Positions 47,301-54,909 of a stretch of DNA of 54,909 nt are shown here, piece by piece (within the stretch, counting starts at the first letter, position 1; the number at the start of each line of letters is the position of its first letter). The stretch covers positions 109,080,998 to 109,135,906 of the forward strand of contig NC_068981.1 of NCBI RefSeq assembly GCF_001194135.2. Reading direction: 5' to 3'. The DNA comes from Octopus bimaculoides. Its lineage: Eukaryota. Made by a program: the position numbers and the translations under genes. The notes beneath the pieces are model-generated. The model was not told where the DNA came from and searched no databases. It saw only the letters and a program-made list of their open reading frames with translations.

Positions 47301-50300
47301 AAAAAGATTTTAAGCCAAAAGCACTGCTTAACTTTATGAATTAATAACCTTTAGGTCATCAGTTTTCATTTAGTTACATTATCAAATCACTTCCATTTTT
47401 ACCCGTTCTTACATAAATCATATCCACCAGTGATACAAGGGTAACAAATTACGTAAAATCACTTTATATTAATCATTTCAATAACAAACATTTGATTTAA
47501 ATAATCACAAGGTCAATTTCTTCTTTTAAAAAAAAATCAGCTCATTTTTAGTATAAAACAAATACTTATTTTCCTGTGTAATCATAATTAGAGAAATTTG
47601 AAATCGGAATATAGAGAAATAAGATTAAATGCTGAAAAACATTCTATCAGACACCAGATGTTAGCTATTTTCTCAGACCTCAATCAATAACCTTCTTGAT
47701 TATTTTCATAATTAACTGAAATGCACAGATATATTTCTAATGAAAGAGACAACTTAAGAATTAAAGAATATTAATAATTTATAGCAATACATAAAATAGC
47801 AGTATACAATTTCAAATGATTACAGCATGTTTATAGCTAAAATTTAAATATTTCTATTCAGAAGAAATTTAATTTGTACTTCTACATTATCGTTTTAAGA
47901 TCAACAAATATAGTTATAAACAAATAGCTAACTGACTGACTGAAACAGATAATAATATTGTAGCTACAAAGGTTTATAGCTATATTTTAAATCAGAAAAG
48001 CTTGCCAATCATGATTGAAAGAATGGCTCAAAATGATTTTATATAAACGGAAAATAACTTCTGCCATTCAGTAGAATACTTAGGGAAAATTTACAAGTTA
48101 AAAACAACTTAACATAAATTTAGAAAATAAGCAGAACTCAAAGAAAAAAAAATATCCAGCTCTTAGTTTATAATAGAAAAACCTTTATATGTATATTCTT
48201 TTACTTCCTGAAGCAATGAGAAAAAATGTAAATATGAAACTAACCAAAGTAAGAATGTTAAAGCAATTTATACAAAAAAAACAATTAATGACAGAAAGTA
48301 GAAACTCATATAGTTTAAAAGATTAATGCGTTGTGAGTTTTAAAAAATATATAATTTTTTTACAAAAAAAATGTAAACATTTAGCCCAAAGTCAAGAACA
48401 GTGAAAGTACATTTCCAGATCAGATACATCATAGTATTCTAGTTTGATGCCCTCCTGTATTGAGTTATAAATCAATGCACAGTCAACTTATCTGATTCGA
48501 TAATATAAGTATCAATAGTATAGAAGAATTGATTAACTTGGCTACCCTTAGAATAACCTCTTCTTTTTCATCATGTTTTCACATATGTATTCAATCTGTA
48601 TCTCATCATACATATTTTACTTCAATCTGTATTTTGCACAAAGAGATAATAAAAGCCTTACACTGCTCACCGAAACTTGCTGGCTCATCTTGAATAGCTC
48701 TTCAACACTGATCTTTGTTGGTTCTGAAAATATGTTCTGTAATGGTAGATTAGTTACAACTGGTGAATGGGAAGAATCAATGGAAACCACAGGTGAAATG
48801 GTGGACACCGAAGGCATGTTTGTATCTTTATTCTTAAGTGGTGATTGAGATGAGACTAGACTGCTATTCGGGCTGGAGGTATGTGACACGGTATTATTAC
48901 AAGCTGTGACACTAACAGCAGCAGTAGCAACAGCATCACTATTGCCATTTCTTCCCACACCTGTTGCAAGAGGGTGACATTCTGTACTGTCCTCCATCGC
49001 AGAAACTTGAGTAAAACTGCTATTTGCAGAAATAGTTTGGAGAGAGTAGGGTTTACTGAAAAATAAATACATATCATTACAATGTCTTATCAGAAGTGTA
49101 AATATTAAACAATATATAAGCAAAGACAAAATGATCTCATTTCAAAATTTACCCTTAATCTTATCAAGACAATCAGAGTTATTAATGGAGATATTATAAC
49201 CTACAAGACAATGTCCACTCTGTAGCTAAACCAGTATTATTTATCTTGTGCAAAGCACTTAAAATCAGTAACAAGACCCTAACAGTTAATGAGAACAATA
49301 AAAGCCAACAACATAGCAGTCAGTTTAACTCACAAAAAACAGTGTCCAGTTTCCACCTTTCATTTCAAATTTATTTTATTTTTCCATTAATAATGAAAAG
49401 ATGGATGTAATAACTAAATAAAACAAAAGGAGATATTAACAAATATTAACCTAGTAAAGGCATCAGGTGTGAGAAGTACAGGAGCTTTTTCTCCACGAGA
49501 AGACTCACTGGAATCAGGGACGGATGTATCCATAATATTACTGACATCAGAAAGTCCATCTTTTAAAACTAAAATTTAAAAGAAAAATGCATTTCAAATA
49601 TTCATTTTCTGAAATGGAAACAATGTTTATTCTCACCTATATTGATTAAAGCAAAAAATATAATGATCTCTCCTGAATAATAACACATAATGCTTCTTCA
49701 AATGTGGGCAACTAGCCCAAAAGATTTACCACCCAACCTCAAAAGAGGTAACAATCTATGAGGGCCAGTGGGATTATAGAGTAGAGTTTTATCTATGATT
49801 GTGAGAGAAAGAAAGCAAGATGATGTGTGTGTGTGTGTGTGAGAGATAGAGAGGGGGGGTCCAAATGTGTGGATAATGCTCTAGATTAGGATGCCTTCTG
49901 ACTAGCAGAGAGATATTAGTAGGTTTCCAGGACAAAAGTATTTTCTAACTCCAAACAGAAATACAGATTTTGTAGTCTTTATACTGCTTTGGCTCTGAAG
50001 CATGAGCAAGGCCATCATAAGAGATTAGATTTTGTAATGCTGAGTATTCATAAGTAAAGCTTAGTGCTATAACATGCTTTTAATCAGCCTCGCAAATATA
50101 CAAGTTCCTCCTTGATTTCAGGTTTGAGTAGTCACAATCAAAAATACTAATAAGAAGATTAATCAAGACTATTACCAAGAAGATCAGTCAAAAAAACTAA
50201 CTTGATTTCTTTCACCTGTTGAAGACATCACAATGTGACTAAATTATTGCAGGTCTTGACAGCATCAGAACATTCTAAAGAGAGTACATTATTGTGAGGT

Positions 50301-53300
50301 TTTTTTCCCATTACCTATTGTGGAAGGAACCTGTGGAAAAAGTAAACCCAGGAAGACGTAGGACAAGGTAGTGAAATATGATTTTTGGTTGAAGAGTCTC
50401 ACAGAGGTAATGACAAGTGACCAAGGCATCTGGCAATTTGCTGTGCTTGAGAAGACATGTCAAGCTAAGTGAAATCGTGGTGATGACCAGTGTCAGTGAC
50501 ACGTAAAAAGCAACTGTACCAGTAACATGTAAGGGACACTCATGCTGGTGACACGTAAAAGCCTCCCAATAGACTCAATAAAGTGGTTGGCATTAGGAAG
50601 GGCATCCAGCCATAGAAACCAAGTCAAAACAGACAACTGAAGCCTGGTGCAGCTCTCTGGCTTACCATCTCCAGTCAAACTATCTAACCCATGCCAGTAT
50701 GGAAAATAGATGCTAAATGATGATGATTCCAGGCTAGTAGATGATTTTAAACTCAAAGTTAACAAAATATTCATCATCGTCATTTCAACATCCACTTCAC
50801 CAGGAGTCAAAGAGTTTATTGAATTTTTTCTAATTAGATGCCCTTCCTGTTGCCAACCCTCAACTCTTAAACATTTAGGTTTTAACCACGGACAGACATT
50901 CAAACTACTTAATACCAGTATTAATTTCTCATCACACTTACCTATCTCATCTTGTGATTTAGAACCAACAGCCTGAACTTCACTGTCAGATTGAGCAACT
51001 TCAGTTTTGAATCGAATATTAAGCTCTTGCAATATTCTGTAAAAAAAAAAGATATTAGCAAGATGTAGAAATGAATATATTTTGAAATATGAGGACAATA
51101 TTTTTCTAAATTAAGCAATCACTATTTTCCACACAAGTTAATTGTTAATTACTACTTACGTGCTATGAACAGCATACAGCTCAACAAGAACACCATCAAC
51201 TATTGTACTATCTTCATCCTCAAAAAGTTTCTTAGAATTATCCTGCTCAATTTCTCCTTCAATTTAAGAACACAAATATTTAATTTGAAAATGCATTTCT
51301 TTAGACGCTTTCTAATAATATATTTTATAATCAAAAGAAGCTATTTAGATATTTTAGTTCCATCAAGGCAGTAACATTTATGGCATTAAAATAATTTACT
51401 AACTATATACATAGCTAAATTACAGCTTCATGTCTATAGGAAACACTGGTTGCTTCAGTTAATTTGATAGTAACAGTTCACCAGGTTTGTAAGTCTTACT
51501 TCAGAGTTAAACAATTAGCTAGTCTGTAATTTATTTATTTAAATATTTCAGTCATTGGATTACAACACCACCTTCAAGGGTTTTTAGTTGAATATATCAA
51601 CCCCAGTACTTCTTTGGTACATATTTCAGCTTTCTTGAAAGATGCTAAATGCAAAGTGAACATTAGCACAAAGACAGCTGACTCTGTGAGACATGAATAC
51701 CAGATGGTATTTTTGTTTAAATGTTCTACATTTCACCCTGCACTGAAATATAAACATTATATATATCAAATGATATCATCTATCAAATTTAATTATTAGA
51801 TATTTTTACAAAGTGTAATTCTTAGCCACATGCCCAGGTCCATATCCAAAAAACTCAAAGACAACTGTTTCAATAGTATACACAAGTTTAAATTTGCGAA
51901 AGCCATCCCCAACTAGCATGGAAAAATAAATGCAGACACACACAAATAGAAATAAAATTTACACAAAATGAAAAAAATAGTCAAGTAATTTAGTAAAAGT
52001 TGATAGGAAGAAAACTCTACCAGTAGTCAATTCTTCGAGAAATGTGTCATCTTCAAGAGACTGGCGGAATTTTTCAGAACGGGCATCAAGTATAGCAAAA
52101 CTAAGACATGGTCGGGCAAGTAGGAATTCAGAAATTGATGATATATAAACTGTTTCAGCTTTGTGGTCTTGGTGCAAGTTCAAAATGTACAGAACCTATG
52201 AAGAAAATATCAAACAACAATATGTTGAAGAATATTAAAATATTTACATAAAAAGCTTTCCTATATAGCTTTCATTTATAAAGCATGACCTCTAAACCAC
52301 AAATTATTAGCCATACAAACTCCAGTTGATACATGTCAAAAGTTAACACTTAAAATACACAATTATCATTCTTCTCAAAGAAAATTAGCTGAAGCTATTG
52401 AAGAATTAGAGGAGAAATTCCAAACATGAAATAAAAGCCTAGAATCAAGATGTCTCAAAGTAAACATAGTAAAATTCAAAAGTTTTAGTTAACAGGAACA
52501 AAAAAGCAGATAGGATTCTACTGCCATCTAGGAGATGGCCTTGTTCAATGCAGAGAAGGATTAAGTAGGGACTCTATACCATCTTCCAAGTGTAAACTTT
52601 TGATGCACAAAGCAGGTTGACAGGCAAAAAAAATAGACTTTATCATGTAGCAGATGCACAGTAATAATTAGCAATAAGAACACCCATGAAATAAAGTCAT
52701 ACAAATGATCAAAAAGTTTCCTAGAAGTTATTGATAGCTTGTAACCTAAATGGCCTGAAGTAGCCAGAATAAAACTGGATTGGAAAAAGTTCAGGGAGTT
52801 ACCTCAATGGCAACAATGGAAGTCTCCAAGTGAAGATTAGATTGTATGGTACCTGTGCATGAAGTATGATGCTGAATGGGGGTGAAACATGGACATCAAA
52901 TGCAAAGGAGTACAAAAGCTGGAAAGAAATGATGCAAGCAATGCTCCAATGGATAGGTAATGTTAGTGTGCAAAGCACGACCTGACAGAAAAATTGGGAA
53001 AAGGAATCAAATGCAGTGTGCAAGACAGAAAACGTCATTGGTACAGACATGATGTGTATGGAGAAGAATAGTCCAAAACAAGAAATCTTTGGAAGAGAAA
53101 ACCGAGAAAGAAATGGAAGAGGTAGTGACAATTGATCTTAAAACTGAAATCCACTAAAGAGATGAGATGACAAAGACCACAAAAAATGCAGAGACGTTGT
53201 GGTAGAGAAATAATAATCATGATAAAGATGATGAGTACTGATCAATCATTGAAAACAATGAATAAATTTGGTATATATGACTGAGAGTGTTGAAAGCTTA

Positions 53301-53876
53301 GTGGATACAGTATGACTAAGTTTATAAACTTAGTGTTGAACATAGAGGAATTGTAATGCATTCAAGAAATTGGTGTATGACAAAACTGTTTTTTTTTTTT
53401 AAATATCAACTAAAGGAACAATACATCAATGAAAACAGAGACAATGGTAAAAATAGAGAAGGGAAAAATAAACATTTAAAAGGTTTAAAAAAAAAATTAA
53501 CTTACTTTGCGTCGGAAATCTGTTAAAACTAAATATCGTGCACTTAAATCTAATGCAACTTTCATGCAAAGCTCAGTTTTGGTCTCAAGATGTGATGGCG
53601 GATCTAAGAACCTGTCAATGAAAGATATTAAAATACAGGAAAAATCACGAATTCAGCTGGAAATAGAATACAACATACAGTTGGAAAAATGCAAACTAAT
53701 TATGTAGAAAATGAAGTAAACATGGGCTAAGGAACAAAAAATAAATTATAATAAAAGACCAGATTATAAAGGCTATATACCTAATTGTTTGTAAACAGGT
53801 CCAGGAGACACAACTCCATACTTTCAATTCCTGATTGTAATTACCTCCTGTAACAGCATACTTCCAAAAAGAGACA
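25467..53876 (-). CDS. EDC4: Enhancer of mRNA-decapping protein 4 (EDC4/Ge-1), 18 coding exons, 5'-incomplete, about 996 aa in window
   Basis: Spliced product matches EDC4 hallmarks: FWKYAVTGGNYNQELKVWSCVSWTCLQTIRF, KVALDLSARYLVLTD, SSISEFLL, LQELNIRF, LLTPDAF, AYRESFQNIVIPNFER, QILRLLNQGQINAAFQQALSAANLELV, LQQPVLLSLIQQLS, YLEEAIVSLD. All junctions are GT-AG with matching phases. Confidence 0.97.
26152..26275 (+). mobile_element. Family A SINE, 3' part, CpG-decayed
   Basis: GTCGACTTTACTTTTCATC...AAAATAAGTACCAG...GGCCTTGTGCCAAAAT. Confidence 0.7.
26884..27035 (-). mobile_element. Family B SINE, head part
   Basis: Matches the 17440-17596 segment (CTATAGTAGAAGACACTTGCCC...GGGACTGAACC). Confidence 0.7.
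27114..27277 (-). CDS. EDC4: EDC4 exon Q: ALSAANLELV...PVLLSLIQQLSADIETHTLLKQ
   Basis: ttttag|GCC acceptor, AA|gtaagt donor; phase 0 to 2. Confidence 0.96.
27487..27703 (-). CDS. EDC4: EDC4 exon P: LKDTLLQHV...QILRLLNQGQINAAFQQ
   Basis: acttag|A acceptor, CAG|gtgaga donor; phase 2 to 0. Confidence 0.96.
28186..28372 (-). CDS. EDC4: EDC4 exon O: LVQLQQHLE...TVVTQSLK
   Basis: ttttag|AC acceptor, GG|gtaaga donor; phase 1 to 2. Confidence 0.94.
28561..30628 (+). mobile_element. 5'-truncated RTE-clade LINE (RT, 3'UTR, (ATG)n tail), antisense in an EDC4 intron; stop at 28993 and frameshifts near 29440 and 29695
   Basis: KAPDPSGITAEMLK, NYRGIKLL, DLEKAFDRVP, GVHQGSVLGPLLF, YADD, FRYLG and KGRLYDAFVRTAMLYSSETW; tail ATGATGATGATGA at 30616-30628. 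Confidence 0.95.
31030..31300 (-). mobile_element. Degenerate 3' fragment of a different RTE-type LINE
   Basis: Minus strand reads ERITRGILQAKSIGSRSRSRPRMRWLDNI, resembling the GxRxRGRPRxRWxD C-terminal motif; includes a 12-bp tandem duplication CTACTCCTAGAT. Confidence 0.55.
32293..32345. repeat. (TC)n microsatellite
   Basis: Direct inspection. Confidence 0.95.
32741..32906 (-). CDS. EDC4: EDC4 exon N: QTIEAIG...AYRESFQNIVIPNFER...FQKGTKE
   Basis: tttcag|CAA acceptor, T|gtaagt donor; phase 0 to 1. Confidence 0.95.
33414..33529 (-). CDS. EDC4: EDC4 exon M: MMQSLESIK...LKENLAKLVRNR
   Basis: tattag|CC acceptor, AGA|gtgagt donor; phase 1 to 0. Confidence 0.93.
34398..34550 (-). CDS. EDC4: EDC4 exon L: QRYQEILNE...KSEMKNNVLP
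   Basis: attcag|AC acceptor, A|gtgagt donor; phase 1 to 1. Confidence 0.92.
37329..38582 (-). mobile_element. Full-length (about 1.25 kb) but inactivated mariner with TIRs and TA duplication
   Basis: TA|TTGGGTCATCCCATAAATAATG ... CATTATTTACGGGATATCCCAA|TA. Transposase remnants MEVAKEHNWHILLYGFNKG, WVPHKLSE, IVTGDEK and HPPYSPDIAPS, with many stops. Confidence 0.93.
38894..39128 (-). CDS. EDC4: EDC4 exon K: IQAMLSTINNKL...QQQQQLKQQ...HQQSQRE (coiled coil)
   Basis: ttgtag|ATT acceptor, C|gtatcc donor; phase 0 to 1. Confidence 0.9.
39272..39350 (-). CDS. EDC4: EDC4 exon J: EPAAPPIHEAPVQIIREVVEPQSLKD
   Basis: ctgtag|T acceptor, GAT|gtaagt donor; phase 2 to 0. Confidence 0.87.
39670..40910 (+). 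mobile_element. Degenerate RTE LINE, RT C-terminus to 3'UTR, containing a gap
   Basis: GLRVNLAKTKVLVSRK, PCLICRNGVGRNSIRCT, LEVVDSFRYLGDQV and KGKLYDACVRT; collinear with 29370-30520. Confidence 0.9.
40911..41725 (-). mobile_element. Degenerate RTE LINE fragment, endonuclease-RT linker to RT start
   Basis: ECIRQHRLVTCDF, CYKERLLNMGNTWDKESIP, EGPANLVDSSVVDKA and NDWHSSIFVNCYKDTGD; homologous to 28565-28800. Confidence 0.8.
42336..42461 (-). CDS. EDC4: EDC4 exon I: REGQDIDDDEEEDEDYSLL...RQMQLT
   Basis: ttccag|G acceptor, AG|gtaatg donor; phase 2 to 2. Confidence 0.85.
43355..43626 (-). repeat. 3' LTR (272 bp)
   Basis: Aligns with 46569-46823 and retains TATAAA plus GCGCATGCGCA. Confidence 0.93.
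46569..46823 (-). repeat. 5' LTR (255 bp)
   Basis: Aligns end to end with 43355-43626, with scattered substitutions and one short indel. Confidence 0.93.
46929..47224 (-). CDS. EDC4: EDC4 exon H: QAAVVVSGS...WPKPPDVSTDGPRIASEKVCN
   Basis: tttcag|CAA acceptor, GT|gtaagt donor; phase 0 to 2. Confidence 0.88.
48671..49055 (-). CDS. EDC4: EDC4 exon G: Ser/Thr-rich linker KPYSLQ...MSQQVS
   Basis: tttcag|T acceptor, TCG|gtgagc donor; phase 2 to 0, 385 nt open. Confidence 0.88.
49451..49568 (-). CDS. EDC4: EDC4 exon F: LKDGLSDV...KAPVLLTPDAFT
   Basis: ttttag|TT acceptor (an in-frame alternative AG lies 9 nt downstream), AG|gttaat donor; phase 1 to 2. Confidence 0.9.
50314..50727 (+). mobile_element. 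RTE LINE 3' end with (GAT)n tail
   Basis: GGAACCTGTGGAAAAAGTAAACCCAGGAAGAC...AGGAAGGGCATCCAGCC...TAAATGATGATGAT. Confidence 0.85.
50942..51036 (-). CDS. EDC4: EDC4 exon E: ILQELNIRFKTEVAQSDSEVQAVGSKSQDEI
   Basis: tttacag|A acceptor, G|gtaagt donor; phase 2 to 1. Confidence 0.93.
51160..51256 (-). CDS. EDC4: EDC4 exon D: EIEQDNSKKLFEDEDSTIVDGVLVELYAVHS
   Basis: ttgaag|GA acceptor, AC|gtaagt donor; phase 1 to 2. Confidence 0.93.
51538..51625 (-). mobile_element. Family B SINE tail fragment
   Basis: TTTCAGTCATTGGATTAC...CACCTTCAAGGGTTTTTAGTTGAA...ACCCCAGTACTT. Confidence 0.55.
52021..52195 (-). CDS. EDC4: EDC4 exon C: VLYILNLHQD...SSISEFLLARPCLSF...EELTT
   Basis: catag|GTT acceptor, G|gtagag donor; phase 0 to 1. 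Confidence 0.95.
52700..53190 (+). mobile_element. Old, degenerate RTE LINE 3' coding fragment
   Basis: LEVIDSL, WKKFREL, KLERNDAS and GIKCSVQ...HWYRH motifs, collinear with 29630-30110. Confidence 0.65.
53506..53611 (-). CDS. EDC4: EDC4 exon B: FLDPPSHLETKTELCMKVALDLSARYLVLTDFRRK
   Basis: tgacag|G acceptor, AAA|gtaagt donor; phase 2 to 0. Confidence 0.95.
53781..53876 (-). CDS. EDC4: EDC4 exon A (first in window): VSFWKYAVTGGNYNQELKVWSCVSWTCLQTI
   Basis: aatcag|T acceptor, AG|gtatat donor; phase 2 to 2. Confidence 0.95.
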
Positions 53877-54232
53877 CTGATTAAATAGAAAAGAAACATT
53901 ATGAATGGTTAGTACACACACACACATTTATATATACAAGCCAAATTACCCACATAGTTCCAGTTTCAATCTCTATGTACAACACCAAAAATCAGCTAAT
54001 TCTACCAGCCTGATGTGAACCACTGCCTTTTGACTAAAATTTGATAGATGGAAGTTGATTGCAAATCTGTGTGATTGTGTAATGAGTACATCATATTATC
54101 ATTAACGTCCACCTTTCTATGATTGCATGGGTCAGACAAAATTTTGCTGATTTACCACAACCAGATAATTCTGAACTAGTGAAAATGAAATTAAACTTAA
54201 GTATGTTAACAACAGGAGCAATCAATGCAATA

Positions 54233-54235
<3 letters not shown>

Positions 54236-54329
<94 letters not shown>

Positions 54330-54330
54330 C
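54236..54330. repeat. (TA)n microsatellite
   Basis: Direct inspection. Confidence 0.95.
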
Positions 54331-54332
54331 AT

Positions 54333-54545
54333 ATTCTTTTACTTGTTTCAATCAGTTGACTGCAGTCATGCTAGAGCACAGCCTTTAGTCAAACAAATCA
54401 ACCACAGGACTTATTTCTTGTAAGCCTAGTACTTATTCTATTGGTCTCTTTTCCCAAACCGCTAAGTTACGGGAACACAAACACACTAACATCGATTATG
54501 AAGTGATGGTGGGGGACAAACACAAGCATACAAATACACACACAC
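54333..54545 (-). mobile_element. Family B SINE, 3' half
   Basis: TTCTTTTACTTGTTTCAATCAGTTGACTGCAG...CCGCTAAGTTACGGG, as at 17180-17380. Confidence 0.8.
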
Positions 54546-54723
54546 ACAGTTGATACCAGGACTATATTTGCACACAATGCAAGTCTCTTCTACACATATA
54601 AGCACGAACACATAAGTGCGTGCACACATACGAGCTTGCACACACTCACATACTCATACCGAACAATTTCAAAACAACGCCAAATCATACATTCAAAATA
54701 AATGGAAGTGGAAAGACAAGTTC

Positions 54724-54760
54724 CTGAAGAGATTGCAAGAGTGCAATGAAATGATTTAAC
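54724..54760 (+). ncRNA. Degenerate hammerhead-like core
   Basis: CTGAAGA-G-ATTGCA(AGAG)TGCAAT-GAAA-TG: perfect 6-bp stem II; stems I and III not recoverable. Confidence 0.35.
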
Positions 54761-54909
54761 AAAAAAAACTAAATATTGTTTATAAATTAATAAAGGAATG
54801 AACCAGTGCGTGTGTTTACTACCGGCATAAAGCCTCTCCCAAGGTTTAATTGTATTTCTTTCAACACACGTATCCACATCAAGAATCTTGCACATGAAAT
54901 ACACATATG

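Noticed and set aside
50493-51098. 201-aa ORF as one coding unit
   Set aside because: Only 50942-51036 is EDC4 exon E; the rest is intron and the antisense of an RTE tail.
53877-54909. Further upstream EDC4 WD40 exons
   Set aside because: No frame resembling the expected preceding WD40 sequence; the region is microsatellite, SINE and another repeat.
1-54909. CRISPR arrays, rRNA, operons or prokaryotic systems
   Set aside because: None seen; the sequence is intron-rich animal DNA.

Overview
Eukaryotic, AT-rich, repeat-dense genomic window with 5 N-gaps. The tRNA-derived SINEs, (GAT)n-tailed RTE LINEs and microsatellites resemble those of an octopus or other coleoid cephalopod; this is recognition, not a database match. 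The right half (25467-53876, minus strand) holds 18 coding exons of EDC4/Ge-1, the mRNA-decapping scaffold. All 17 introns are GT-AG and phase-consistent, giving 2992 nt (about 996 aa) from the last WD40 blades to the stop codon; the 5' exons lie beyond the window. EDC4 introns contain RTE LINEs (one with a PHD-type finger inside the RT), a TIR-flanked mariner, and a Mag-clade Gypsy element with both LTRs but no protease and little RT. The left half is mostly intergenic: two R4-clade LINE relics, many SINEs, two mariner relics, a short Helitron, a telomere-repeat fold-back structure, a candidate first coding exon of an unidentified minus-strand gene, and several minimal hammerhead-ribozyme-like motifs of the Penelope type. 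The most promising leads are the hammerhead-like motifs, the outward-facing (CCCTAA)n/(TTAGGG)n element, the PHD finger within the RTE RT, templated filler DNA in a mariner deletion, and a possible LTR-driven internal EDC4 promoter. I see no clear evidence of a wholly new biological system.
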